Below are positions 9,193-18,456 of a stretch of 64,000 nt of DNA, piece after piece (position 1 is the stretch's first letter; each line of letters begins with the position of its first letter). This DNA comes from Patescibacteria group bacterium (GTDB lineage: Bacteria > Patescibacteriota > Patescibacteriia > Buchananbacterales > UBA6539). The position numbers and the translations under genes were made by a program. The notes below the pieces were generated by a model, which saw only the letters and a list, made by a program, of their open reading frames with translations, did not search any database and was not told where the DNA came from. The stretch is from NCBI GenBank assembly GCA_041649675.1, contig JBAZMQ010000001.1, positions 253-64,252 on the forward strand, written 5' to 3'.

Positions 9193-12100
9193 TTATTCTA
9201 AATTTAGATTTATAGTTATGTTATCTCCTGGATTCAGTGAAACTGGTAACGGCGGTTCAGTACTAATAATTGTGTATCGTGAACCAGCTTGAAGCGAAAT
9301 TGAATAAGTGTCCCACTCCAAATTATTTAAAAGTAGTTGCCCACTAGCATTAGTAGAAAGATTTTGACTGTATTTAAAAATGTCAGGATTGGTGCCAACT
9401 TTTTTAGCCCCAGTTATAACTAAAGGTACATTGGCAGTATTGGTGTAAGCATTTGGATCAGCAGCATATTCAGCGGCAATAATATCATAATTGCCGCTTC
9501 GATTATCTTGCCAGGTAACAACCAAGTTTCCGGCTTGATTAATTATGATACCTGGATTTTTTTGATCGCCAGTAGTATTAGCATTAATTCTAATGTCGTT
9601 TGGCCATTGAGTAGTGCCAGCTGAATTTATTTTTTGGGTGTAGATATCAGTATCACCATTTCTAATGTCTTGCCAAACTACAAAGATGTTGCCAGAACTA
9701 TCCAAAGCGGCTCTGGGGTTTTCTTGGACACTACCAGAATGGGAGCTAATTGCCTGATCGCCATTTGGCCATAAGACATTGCCAGCAGAGTCATATTTTT
9801 GGCCATAAATATCATTATCGCCATTACGGTCATCTTCCCAAAAAATATAAATATTATTCTCATTATCAATTTTAACCACCGGATTATTTTGGTTGCCGCC
9901 GGCATTAGTGTTTATTCGAATATCATTTGGCCAAACAATATTACCGTTTGGATCAATTTTTTGGATAAATATATCATAATTATCAATCTGGTAATCTTCC
10001 CAAACAACATAAATATTTTCATCCTGATCAATTGCTAAATTAACTGATTGAGAATAACCGCCACCACTGGTGGTATGGGAATAGCCAATGTCAATTTGAT
10101 CCAAATTGATTTGTTGGCTGCCGTTACTCAGCAGGAAGGCTTTAAAGATAATTTTCCCTCGGGTGGTTGAAAAGGTTTTAATATGGTCATTAATGACACT
10201 GGCGGTATTGTAGTTTGGGCCACCCGCTTGGGCCCAATTAGTTCCGTTCCAGTATTTCCAAGTAACGCCATCGTCAGATAGTTGATAGTAAATTTCACCA
10301 CCATTTTTTGTCGCTGTTTCTGTGAAAGAATCCCAAGAAACTAAATTGCTGACAGTTAAAGAGCTAAGAGGTAAAACGCTTGGGCCGTTAGCTGGATAGC
10401 CTGCTCCTGATTCAGTCCATTGACAACCAGTTTGATTTTGGCAACTTAACTGAGTCAAGAAGTTAGAACAGCTGATCGTAGTGCCACTACATGGCCCTTG
10501 AATATCCCAATTACAACTGGTTTGGGTGCAGATTGGGCCAGTAGTTTGATTTTGGCATAAACAAGTGCCAGAACAAGTACCTTGTTGGGAACCCCAACTG
10601 CAGCTGGCCGCTTGGCAGGTAGACTGGCTAGAAATTTGGTTACAGTTACAGCCGGGGTTATCATAGCAAAACCAAAAAAACCAAGAGCAACCGCTGGTAG
10701 CCTTGCAAGTATTTTTACTGCCAATTGAGCCACAAGAACAATTGCCACTGCAACTTTGAGCGCCTGCTTGCCAACTGCAACTGGGCGCAGAAATACATTG
10801 GTTTTGGTCAGTAATTGTTGAGCACCCGCAGGTGTCACCGCTGCATGGTCCTTCTGCATCCCAATTGCAGGTACTTTGGTTGGTGCAGGATGTGGCACTG
10901 GAAAAAGTGGCACAATCACTGGCTGTGCCATTGCAAATTTTTATTGGCACTAATTGGGCAACGCCAGTAACAATTTTGACATTTGTCGTGCCGTCGCAAT
11001 TGCCACCGTCGCATTGGTAGTCAGCTAAGTTATTAAAGTCCCAATTGAAAGAATCTGTTGCTTTGTACATTGACGAAGAATTAGCATTGACTTTTAATTC
11101 ACTAGCCCAAATCATTTGACCATTAACATCAAATTTCTGTAAATAAATATCAGATTTGCCATTGCCAGCCCTTTCGTCTTTAAAAGCAATATATTCGGCC
11201 GTACTTGAAGCATTTAAAGCAATCTTAGGATAAATTTGATCAGCGGAAGTGCTGTCAGTATTAACTTTTATCGGCTGACTAAATAAACCATTGCCAGCGG
11301 TGTCGTATTTGTTAAAATAAATATCTTGGTTATTATTTTTATCATCATGCCAAGTGATGTAAATATTATTATTTTTATCAATTGCTAAATCCGCTCCGCC
11401 CTGATTATCAGAGCTAGTCATTGCTAAATCGTTGCTCCATTGTTTAGTTTGGGCGGTATATTTTTGGGTATAAATCCGACTGTTGTAATTACGGAAATCT
11501 TGCCAAGCAAAATAATAGTTTTGGTCAGCGCCCAAGGCAATAGCTGGGAAAAATTGGTCGGCGGTACCAACGTCAGTATTCACTGTCCATTCCGAGGGAA
11601 TGGTTTGAGAAAGGGTATGGATATCCAGGGTGGCAATTTTATCAATCGCAAAGCTAATTCTGGTTAGGCTACCTTCAATAACAGTTGCGTCAGGTTTGAT
11701 CGGGTTAGGATTACCAGCTGAATCACTGCAGCTAGTGCCATCAGGATCAATTGAACAAGTTGAATCAGTACTGTAGCCATCTTTGGTGACAATAATGTGG
11801 TAAGAGCTATTGGCTTGCGGTACGCTGGAATAATAGTAGCCTAAAGAGTTGGTTTGATGTGAAGAGTCATTAATTATTGGATTAGTTTGATTGTTAATAA
11901 TATGAATTGAAGCTTGGGAAACGGGTTGGCCATTAGCATCAATAGTATTAATCCACAAAACCCCAGCTCCTTGATTTGCTTCAATACCTTTTGGCGCGAT
12001 TGTGGTTACCGACACTACTTCTTTTGTGCCAAAGTGACCTAACCAAGAAACAGCGATTCTAACTTTCTTATAATCATTACCCAATTCGTCGGTTCCGGCT

Positions 12101-12453
12101 TCAACTGTGCCGTCGAACGGATCGTCTACGTAATCAACGCTAACGGCAATATTATAATTAATATTATTTAAAGTGGTGGAGTCGGATTGACTAATTGAGC
12201 CCGGGACTAAACCACCAACAGTGCCGACCTTGTCGTAAGGTAAATTATGAATCGTTTCTGATACTTCATTGGCAATAGTAATAGCACCAATTCTAGCTTT
12301 GCTTTCAGTAATGACCTTGGCGGAAAATTGAAACATTCCTAACACGCCTATACTGGTAATTGCCAAAATTAAAATTGCCACCAGAACTTCAACTAGGGTA
12401 AAACCAGTGCCAGCTGCCTTATCTCTGGCTGAGATTTTTAGTTTTTTGTGCAT
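9193..12453 (-). CDS. Giant minor pilin/adhesin with propeller-like repeats and Cys-rich stalk
   Basis: GFTLVEVLV prepilin signal, seven W/F-x-D-x-R/K blade repeats, six Cys-rich C-x-W repeats. Confidence 0.85.
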   Translation of the reverse strand: MHKKLKISARDKAAGTGFTLVEVLVAILILAITSIGVLGMFQFSAKVITESKARIGAITIANEVSETIHNLPYDKVGTVGGLVPGSISQSDSTTLNNINYNIAVSVDYVDDPFDGTVEAGTDELGNDYKKVRIAVSWLGHFGTKEVVSVTTIAPKGIEANQGAGVLWINTIDANGQPVSQASIHIINNQTNPIINDSSHQTNSLGYYYSSVPQANSSYHIIVTKDGYSTDSTCSIDPDGTSCSDSAGNPNPIKPDATVIEGSLTRISFAIDKIATLDIHTLSQTIPSEWTVNTDVGTADQFFPAIALGADQNYYFAWQDFRNYNSRIYTQKYTAQTKQWSNDLAMTSSDNQGGADLAIDKNNNIYITWHDDKNNNQDIYFNKYDTAGNGLFSQPIKVNTDSTSADQIYPKIALNASSTAEYIAFKDERAGNGKSDIYLQKFDVNGQMIWASELKVNANSSSMYKATDSFNWDFNNLADYQCDGGNCDGTTNVKIVTGVAQLVPIKICNGTASDCATFSSATSCTNQSTCNWDAEGPCSGDTCGCSTITDQNQCISAPSCSWQAGAQSCSGNCSCGSIGSKNTCKATSGCSWFFWFCYDNPGCNCNQISSQSTCQAASCSWGSQQGTCSGTCLCQNQTTGPICTQTSCNWDIQGPCSGTTISCSNFLTQLSCQNQTGCQWTESGAGYPANGPSVLPLSSLTVSNLVSWDSFTETATKNGGEIYYQLSDDGVTWKYWNGTNWAQAGGPNYNTASVINDHIKTFSTTRGKIIFKAFLLSNGSQQINLDQIDIGYSHTTSGGGYSQSVNLAIDQDENIYVVWEDYQIDNYDIFIQKIDPNGNIVWPNDIRINTNAGGNQNNPVVKIDNENNIYIFWEDDRNGDNDIYGQKYDSAGNVLWPNGDQAISSHSGSVQENPRAALDSSGNIFVVWQDIRNGDTDIYTQKINSAGTTQWPNDIRINANTTGDQKNPGIIINQAGNLVVTWQDNRSGNYDIIAAEYAADPNAYTNTANVPLVITGAKKVGTNPDIFKYSQNLSTNASGQLLLNNLEWDTYSISLQAGSRYTIISTEPPLPVSLNPGDNITINLNLE

Positions 12454-13548
12454 TTATATTGCCTGACTTAAGGAGTACATTGGCGTAATAACGGCCACGG
12501 CCATTCCGGCCACGGCCACACCTAAAATAACCATTAAGACTGGTTCAAGGATAGAAGGCAAATTAGTCATGGTCTGATTAACTTCTTCTTCATAAAATAT
12601 CGCTGACTCTTCCAAAATATTGTCTAAAGCGCCGGTCTCTTCACCAACCGCAATCATTTGGAGAATTACGGGAGGAAAGAGTTTTGAGTGAGGTGCTAGA
12701 GAAACTTGAATATTGACCCCTTTTTTTATTTTTTCTTTTGCCTCTATTAAGGCGTCTTGATAAATAGTATTGCCTAAAACTCTGGAAGTAATTTCAAACG
12801 ATTGAACGATTGGGATGTCGGTCTTTAAAAGTGAACTTAAGGTTCGGCAGAATCGAGCGATGTTAATTTTTCTAATTATGGCGCCGATGATCGGTAAGAG
12901 TAAAAGGAATCTATGTAATTGACGTTTGCCTTTTGGTAAAGTAACGATTCGGCCAAAAATTGCAATGAAAATGCCAGCACCAATAGCTAAATAAATTCCG
13001 TATTTTACCGAAAATTCACTGGCGCCGATTAAAATTCTGGTGGCTAAGGGCAGGGGAACATTAATTTCTTTAAAGACGCTGGAAATGGTTGGAATAACGT
13101 AAACCAACATTAATATGCCAATGCCTAGCATCATCGTTATTACAATCGCCGGATAAATCATGGCACTTTTAACTTTGGCGATAATCTCATGATCCTTTTT
13201 CATCTGAATAAATAGTTGGTTTAAAACCTCTTCTAATTTACCGGAAGTTTCGCCAGCCCTGATCATGTTAATGAATAAATCACCAAAAATTCTTTGGTAG
13301 TTTTCCAAGCCCTTGGAAAGGAGGTTGCCTTTTTCAACATTCAGTTCAAGGTCAATTAAAATTGCTTTGAAACTTTTAGAAGATGATTGTTCGCTTAGAG
13401 TCTTTAAGGCAACCGACAAAGATATGCCGGCCTTAAGCATAATACCAAGCTGTTGGACAAAAAATATTTTTTGGGCCAAAGGGATCTTTTTTTGGATTTT
13501 TAGCCAACGAGAAATATTAAATTTTTCTGGCTTATTTTCGGTCGCCAT
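12454..13548 (-). CDS. pilC: Type IV pilus inner membrane platform protein PilC (T2SS F family)
   Basis: MIRAGETSGKLEEVL, SAMIYP, MIAVGEETGALD, ILEP. Confidence 0.95.
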   Translation of the reverse strand: MATENKPEKFNISRWLKIQKKIPLAQKIFFVQQLGIMLKAGISLSVALKTLSEQSSSKSFKAILIDLELNVEKGNLLSKGLENYQRIFGDLFINMIRAGETSGKLEEVLNQLFIQMKKDHEIIAKVKSAMIYPAIVITMMLGIGILMLVYVIPTISSVFKEINVPLPLATRILIGASEFSVKYGIYLAIGAGIFIAIFGRIVTLPKGKRQLHRFLLLLPIIGAIIRKINIARFCRTLSSLLKTDIPIVQSFEITSRVLGNTIYQDALIEAKEKIKKGVNIQVSLAPHSKLFPPVILQMIAVGEETGALDNILEESAIFYEEEVNQTMTNLPSILEPVLMVILGVAVAGMAVAVITPMYSLSQAI

Positions 13549-13572
13549 TTTTGTTTTTCGTTTTAAACTAAT

Positions 13573-15303
13573 TTAGTCTTTGGTCACTCGAAGCACTTCT
13601 TCAATGGTAGTGATGCCGCTTTTCGCTTTAACAAAACCATCTTCCATAATTGTAATCATGCCATCAGCTTTAGCGGCTTTTTGAATTTCGGCTGCCGTGG
13701 TACCCTTGAGGATTAATTCGGCAATTTTAGGGGTAATTTCTAAAACTTCATAAAGACCCATGCGGCCTTTGTAGCCGGTTTTGTCGCATTTTTTGCAGCC
13801 TTTACCGCGATAAAAAAGTAATGATTCTTTGCTTTGTTTTTTGGTAATCAAACTTTGTTTTTCCAAAGCCTCCAAAATTGATTGGAAATTAATTTCTTTT
13901 TCCAATTTATCCAACTCAGTTTTGGTCAAATTATAGCTTTCAATGCATTCCTGACAAATTTTTCTAACCAACCGTTGGGCGATAATTAAATTGCAGGTTG
14001 AAGAGATTAAAAACGCTGGTACACCCATTTCACTTAAACGTGGTAGGGTGGTTGGGGCGTCGTTGGTATGTAGGGTCGATAAAACCAGGTGACCAGTTAA
14101 GGCGGCATGAATCGCGATTTCGGCCGTTTCTTGGTCCCGAATTTCTCCAACCATAATAATGTTAGGATCTTGCCGTAAAAAAGCGCGCAGACCAGTGGCA
14201 AAAGTGTAACCAATTTTTGGATTAATTTGGCTTTGGTTTAATCCTGGAATTCGATATTCAATCGGGTCTTCAATGGTAGTAATATTCACTTCCGGCCGGT
14301 TTAAAATATTTAAGATAGAATAAAGAGTGGTGGTTTTACCCGAACCGGTCGGACCAGTAACCAATACCATGCCGTGTGGTTTTTTGATATTTCTTTTAAC
14401 CTTTTCTAAATTTTCTTTTTGAAAACCTAATTGTTCCAAGCTAATAATACCGGTTTGTTCGTTCAATGCCCGTAAAACGATTTTTTCGCCATCATAAGTC
14501 GGAATAATAGAAACACGGAAAGAAACATTATAATCGTTAGTGGCGACTTTAAAACGGCTGTCTTGAGGTAAGCGGTGTTCATCTAATTTGAGGTTTGATA
14601 AAATTTTGATCCTGGCGATAATGCCTGAATGGACGGTTTTGGGCAAAGTCATCACTGTTCTTAAAACCCCGTCAATCCGATAACGGACCATTACTTCTTT
14701 TTCGGTTGGTTCAATGTGAATATCAGAAGCATTTTCAAAAATGGCGTATTCCAGTAGGGTATCAACAATTCTGATAACTGGCAGATCGTGGGCCAGCTCC
14801 TTTAGTTTTGAACCGGTTTCGGTTTGGTCAGCAGTTTCTTTTTCTTTGGTTAATTCTTGAAATTCCGCTTTTAAACCCTTGTGATAATTTTTTAAAGCTT
14901 CATTAATGCTTTCGGGTGTAGTCAAATGAATTTTTATTTCTAAGCCAGTTTTTTTGCCTAAAAATTCAAAAATTTGTAGATCCTCTGGATTAAGAGAAGC
15001 AACTTTAAGTTCAGAATCGGTTTTATCAAAGGTGATGATTTTATGAGTAGTAGCGATTGTTTCGGGAATCAAAAAAAGAATATCTTTACGAATATTCTCA
15101 TTTTTTAAATTGATGAACGGGACGTTGAAAAACTGAGCGGCAATTTCATAAAGCCGCTCCTCGCCAATAATTTTTTGAGAGGTTAAGTATTGCTCCAGGC
15201 CCTGGTTTCTTTTTTTAGCTTCATCTAGATAAAGTTCCAGCTCTTTTTGGGCAATAGTATTGGTTTTTAGGAGAATGTCTTCTAGTTGGGCTTCATTAAA
15301 CAT
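13573..15303 (-). CDS. pilB: Type IV pilus extension ATPase PilB (GspE/PulE family)
   Basis: ASDIHIEP, GPTGSGKTTT, EDPIEY, LRQDP.IIMVGEIRD, GHLVLSTLH, CxxC..CxxC. Confidence 0.95.
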   Translation of the reverse strand: MFNEAQLEDILLKTNTIAQKELELYLDEAKKRNQGLEQYLTSQKIIGEERLYEIAAQFFNVPFINLKNENIRKDILFLIPETIATTHKIITFDKTDSELKVASLNPEDLQIFEFLGKKTGLEIKIHLTTPESINEALKNYHKGLKAEFQELTKEKETADQTETGSKLKELAHDLPVIRIVDTLLEYAIFENASDIHIEPTEKEVMVRYRIDGVLRTVMTLPKTVHSGIIARIKILSNLKLDEHRLPQDSRFKVATNDYNVSFRVSIIPTYDGEKIVLRALNEQTGIISLEQLGFQKENLEKVKRNIKKPHGMVLVTGPTGSGKTTTLYSILNILNRPEVNITTIEDPIEYRIPGLNQSQINPKIGYTFATGLRAFLRQDPNIIMVGEIRDQETAEIAIHAALTGHLVLSTLHTNDAPTTLPRLSEMGVPAFLISSTCNLIIAQRLVRKICQECIESYNLTKTELDKLEKEINFQSILEALEKQSLITKKQSKESLLFYRGKGCKKCDKTGYKGRMGLYEVLEITPKIAELILKGTTAAEIQKAAKADGMITIMEDGFVKAKSGITTIEEVLRVTKD

Positions 15304-15444
15304 ATCTATGATTTTGGTTTTTGATTTAGGTAACTAGCGATGTTAATTATACCATAAAATTAATTTTTTAAAAAGAAAAGTGGACAAAACTGGGAATTAT
15401 TATTATTATTAAGATAGCTTTAACCGTTTAACTCTAGATTTCCT

Positions 15445-15816
15445 ATGTTTAATCAGCCCTATAATCCCATACTTTTTGATTCTTATTGGCGGGATAAAAA
15501 GATTAAAATTAATTTGATTTTTAGTTTACTCATTAATTTATCGCTCTGGGTGGGGTTGCTTTGGCAAGAGAGAGCTTTTTCTGATTCAATTCCGCTTCAT
15601 TATAATATCTATTATGGTATTGACCTTTTAGGGCCTTGGTATCAAATTCTTTTGTTGCCAGGATTAGGTCTCATTTTTTTAGTTTTGAATTTTGGTCTAG
15701 CTTCCATATTCTATCGTAAAGAAAAAATTGTTAGCTACTTTTTGGTTTTTAGTTGTAGTTTTGTTCAGTTAATTTTTATTCTCGCTTCAATGCTTATTGT
15801 TTTGATTAATTACTAA
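15445..15816 (+). CDS. Small membrane protein (DUF1648-like)
   Basis: Three TM segments, IPLHYNIYYGID motif. Confidence 0.7.
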   Translation: MFNQPYNPILFDSYWRDKKIKINLIFSLLINLSLWVGLLWQERAFSDSIPLHYNIYYGIDLLGPWYQILLLPGLGLIFLVLNFGLASIFYRKEKIVSYFLVFSCSFVQLIFILASMLIVLINY

Positions 15817-15820
15817 ATTT

Positions 15821-16861
15821 GTGAAAAATTTTTTCATCAGTAAAATTTTTATTTTGGCGACTCTGTCATTTGTCTTGGCCTTAGCCTGGACACCGATACT
15901 GACTCGCTTTTTATACAAATACGGCATCGGCAAGGGGATAAGAGATTCTAAGGCGGCCCCAATTTTTGCCCGAATGCACAAGAAAAAGGCCGGTACGCCA
16001 ACTATGGGCGGTATTTTAGTTTGGGCAACTACTTTATTTTTATGTCTTTTATTTTTTTATTTAGCAAAATTTTTTGACGGCATTTTTGGTCAATTAAATT
16101 TTTTTTCCCGTCAGCAAACATTATTGCCGCTGGGGGCGCTGGTGGCTTCCGCTTTAGTCGGTTTAGTTGATGATTTGTTTGATAGTTACCGCATGGGTAA
16201 AAATGGTGGAGGTTTAAGAATGCGCCATCGATTTTTAATTTATAGTTTTATTGCCACCGTTGGCGCTTGGTGGTTTTATTATAAATTAGGTTGGACTACT
16301 CTTTATGTACCGTTTGCCGGTTACATTGATATCGGTTTGTGGTACATCCCATTTTTCATTTTTGTCATTGTTGCCACTGCTTTTTCGGTCAATGAGGTTG
16401 ATGGTTTAGACGGTTTGGCCGGTGGTACTTTATTGGTGGCTTTCGGGGCTTATGGCGCCATTGCTTTTGCTCAAGGCCGTTACGATCTAGCGGCATTTTG
16501 CGGGGTTATCGGCGGCGCTCTTTTGGCTTTTTTGTGGTTTAATATCAATCCGGCCAGGTTTTTTATGGGCGATACCGGGTCAATGTCTTTGGGTGTTACT
16601 TTAGGGATTATTGCGATGCTGACCAACGGTGCTTTGTTTTTGCCAATCATCGGTTTTATTTTTGTCGTTGAGACGGTTTCAGTTTTGATTCAAATGACTT
16701 CCAAGAAAGTATTTGGCAAGAAATTTTTTATCTCTTCGCCGCTGCATCATCATCTTGAAGCCAAAGGCTGGCCGGAACCAAAAATCGTAATGCGGTTTTG
16801 GGTAATTTCCGGAGTTTGCTCAATTGTTGGCTTAATCTTGTTTTTAGCGGATAAAATTTAA
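15821..16861 (+). CDS. mraY: Phospho-N-acetylmuramoyl-pentapeptide transferase
   Basis: KAGTPTMGG, VGLVDD, DGLDGL, PARFFMGDTGS, PLHHHLE. Confidence 0.97.
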   Translation: MKNFFISKIFILATLSFVLALAWTPILTRFLYKYGIGKGIRDSKAAPIFARMHKKKAGTPTMGGILVWATTLFLCLLFFYLAKFFDGIFGQLNFFSRQQTLLPLGALVASALVGLVDDLFDSYRMGKNGGGLRMRHRFLIYSFIATVGAWWFYYKLGWTTLYVPFAGYIDIGLWYIPFFIFVIVATAFSVNEVDGLDGLAGGTLLVAFGAYGAIAFAQGRYDLAAFCGVIGGALLAFLWFNINPARFFMGDTGSMSLGVTLGIIAMLTNGALFLPIIGFIFVVETVSVLIQMTSKKVFGKKFFISSPLHHHLEAKGWPEPKIVMRFWVISGVCSIVGLILFLADKI

Positions 16862-16915
16862 AAGAATCAAGAATTATGAATTATGAATAAAGAAGAAAAC
16901 AATTTTGTCTATATT

Positions 16916-16955
16916 AAAAAAGAAAAAGCCCTCCGGACAGAGACGGAAACTCCTC
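16916..16955 (-). terminator. Orphan minus-strand terminator-like hairpin
   Basis: Minus-strand AGTTTCCG-loop-CGGAGGGCT followed by TTTTCTTTTT, with no minus-strand gene upstream. Confidence 0.45.
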
Positions 16956-17001
16956 AAGACTTTTTTTTAATGATAATATATTGTTATTAGTTTTTAATAA
17001 A

Positions 17002-18456
17002 ATGGCCAACTTAAAGGGTAAAAAAGTTACAGTAATGGGTTTGGGACTCCACGGCGGCGGAGTCGCTTCTGTTAATTGGTTGGTAAAACATGGCGCTAAA
17101 GTGACCGTGACTGATTTAAAAACGGCTAAGGAATTAAAATTATCACTTAAAAAACTTAATAACTTATCAAAATGTAAACTGGTATTGGGCCGACACCGAG
17201 AGATTGACTTTAGGAATGCTGACATAATCGTGCAAAATCCGGATGTGCCCAAAGAGTCAAAATATTTAAAAATTGCCAAGAAGGCCGGTATTTTGATTGA
17301 AAATGAAGCCAGTCTTTTTTTTAAAAATTGTGCGGCAAAGATTGTTGGGGTAACTGGCACTCGCGGGAAATCAACTACCAGTACTTTGATTTATGAAATA
17401 TTAAATAAATCAGAGATCAGAAATCAGAGATCAGAAATCAGAGATCAGAAATCAGAGATCAGAAATCAGAGATCAGAAATCAGAATCTGGCTGGCTGGTC
17501 AGCCCCAGCAGCCGATGATGGCGATTTTGGATAAGGTTAAAAAAAACGATTTGGTTGTTTTGGAACTTTCTTCCTGGCAGTTGGAAATATTGGGCCAGCA
17601 AAAATTAAGTCCACATGTTGCCATAGTTACCAATATCTATCCGGATCATTTGAATCGCTATTCTTCAATGGCCGGGTATATCACCGCTAAAAAAAATATT
17701 TTTAAATTTCAAAGTAAAAACGATTTTGTAATTTTAAATTTTGATAATACTCAAACCAAAAAGATGGGTCGCGAAGTTTTGAGCCAAAGATTTTGGTTTT
17801 CCAAAAAATATTTAGCTGATCAGAACAGTTGTTTTTTAAAAGGGGATTATATATATTTTCAACAAAATGGCAAAATAAGCAAACTGGTTAATCCAGAAAT
17901 TTCTAAATTAAAGGGTGAGCATAATTTGGAAAATATTTTAGCCGCCAGCGCAGTCGCTGGTATTTTTGGCGCTAAGCCAAAAGATATCCAAAATGGTCTG
18001 AAGAATTTTTTTGGCTTGCCCGGAAGAATTGAATTGATCAGAACAGTTAAAGGTATAAAATATATCAATGATACAACGGCAACTACGCCTGACGGAACAA
18101 TGGCAGCGCTTAAGGCTTTGCCGGCAAAAAAGATAGTTTTAATCGCCGGCGGCACTTCAAAAAATATTCCCGATTTTAAATATCGGGAATTAGCCAAAAT
18201 AATTAGTCAACGATGCAGGGCTGTAGTTTTATTACCTGGTGGCGGCAGTGATCAAATTCTAAAGGTCTTAAGCCGGGTTAACTTTAAACCAGTTGTTTAT
18301 CATACCGCTGACATGGTGCAGGCAGTTACTTTGGCCGCCAGCTTGGCCAAAAACAATGATATTGTTTTGTTGTCGCCAGCTTGTGCTTCTTTTAATATTT
18401 TTATCAATGAGTTTGACCGTGGTGATAAATTTAATCAGGTAGTAGCAAAATTATGA
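17002..18456 (+). CDS. murD: UDP-MurNAc-L-Ala--D-Glu ligase, carrying an in-frame tandem repeat
   Basis: VMGLG..GG, GVTGTRGKST, VLELSSWQL, N.YPDHLNRY, INDT.ATT, LLSPACASF. Confidence 0.95.
   Translation: MANLKGKKVTVMGLGLHGGGVASVNWLVKHGAKVTVTDLKTAKELKLSLKKLNNLSKCKLVLGRHREIDFRNADIIVQNPDVPKESKYLKIAKKAGILIENEASLFFKNCAAKIVGVTGTRGKSTTSTLIYEILNKSEIRNQRSEIRDQKSEIRNQRSEIRIWLAGQPQQPMMAILDKVKKNDLVVLELSSWQLEILGQQKLSPHVAIVTNIYPDHLNRYSSMAGYITAKKNIFKFQSKNDFVILNFDNTQTKKMGREVLSQRFWFSKKYLADQNSCFLKGDYIYFQQNGKISKLVNPEISKLKGEHNLENILAASAVAGIFGAKPKDIQNGLKNFFGLPGRIELIRTVKGIKYINDTTATTPDGTMAALKALPAKKIVLIAGGTSKNIPDFKYRELAKIISQRCRAVVLLPGGGSDQILKVLSRVNFKPVVYHTADMVQAVTLAASLAKNNDIVLLSPACASFNIFINEFDRGDKFNQVVAKL
17407..17483 (+). 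repeat. 5.5 copies of AAATCAGAGATCAG (11 heptamers) inside murD
   Basis: Perfect 14-mer units encoding SEIRNQRSEIRDQKSEIRNQRSEIR. Confidence 0.95.

Noticed and set aside
10455-10931. 158-aa alternative-frame ORF inside the giant pilin
   Set aside because: By-product of the GC-richer Cys-repeat codons; no start signals
17407-17483. Tandem repeats as a CRISPR array
   Set aside because: No unique spacers, units too short and no cas genes. The same applies to the other heptamer arrays.
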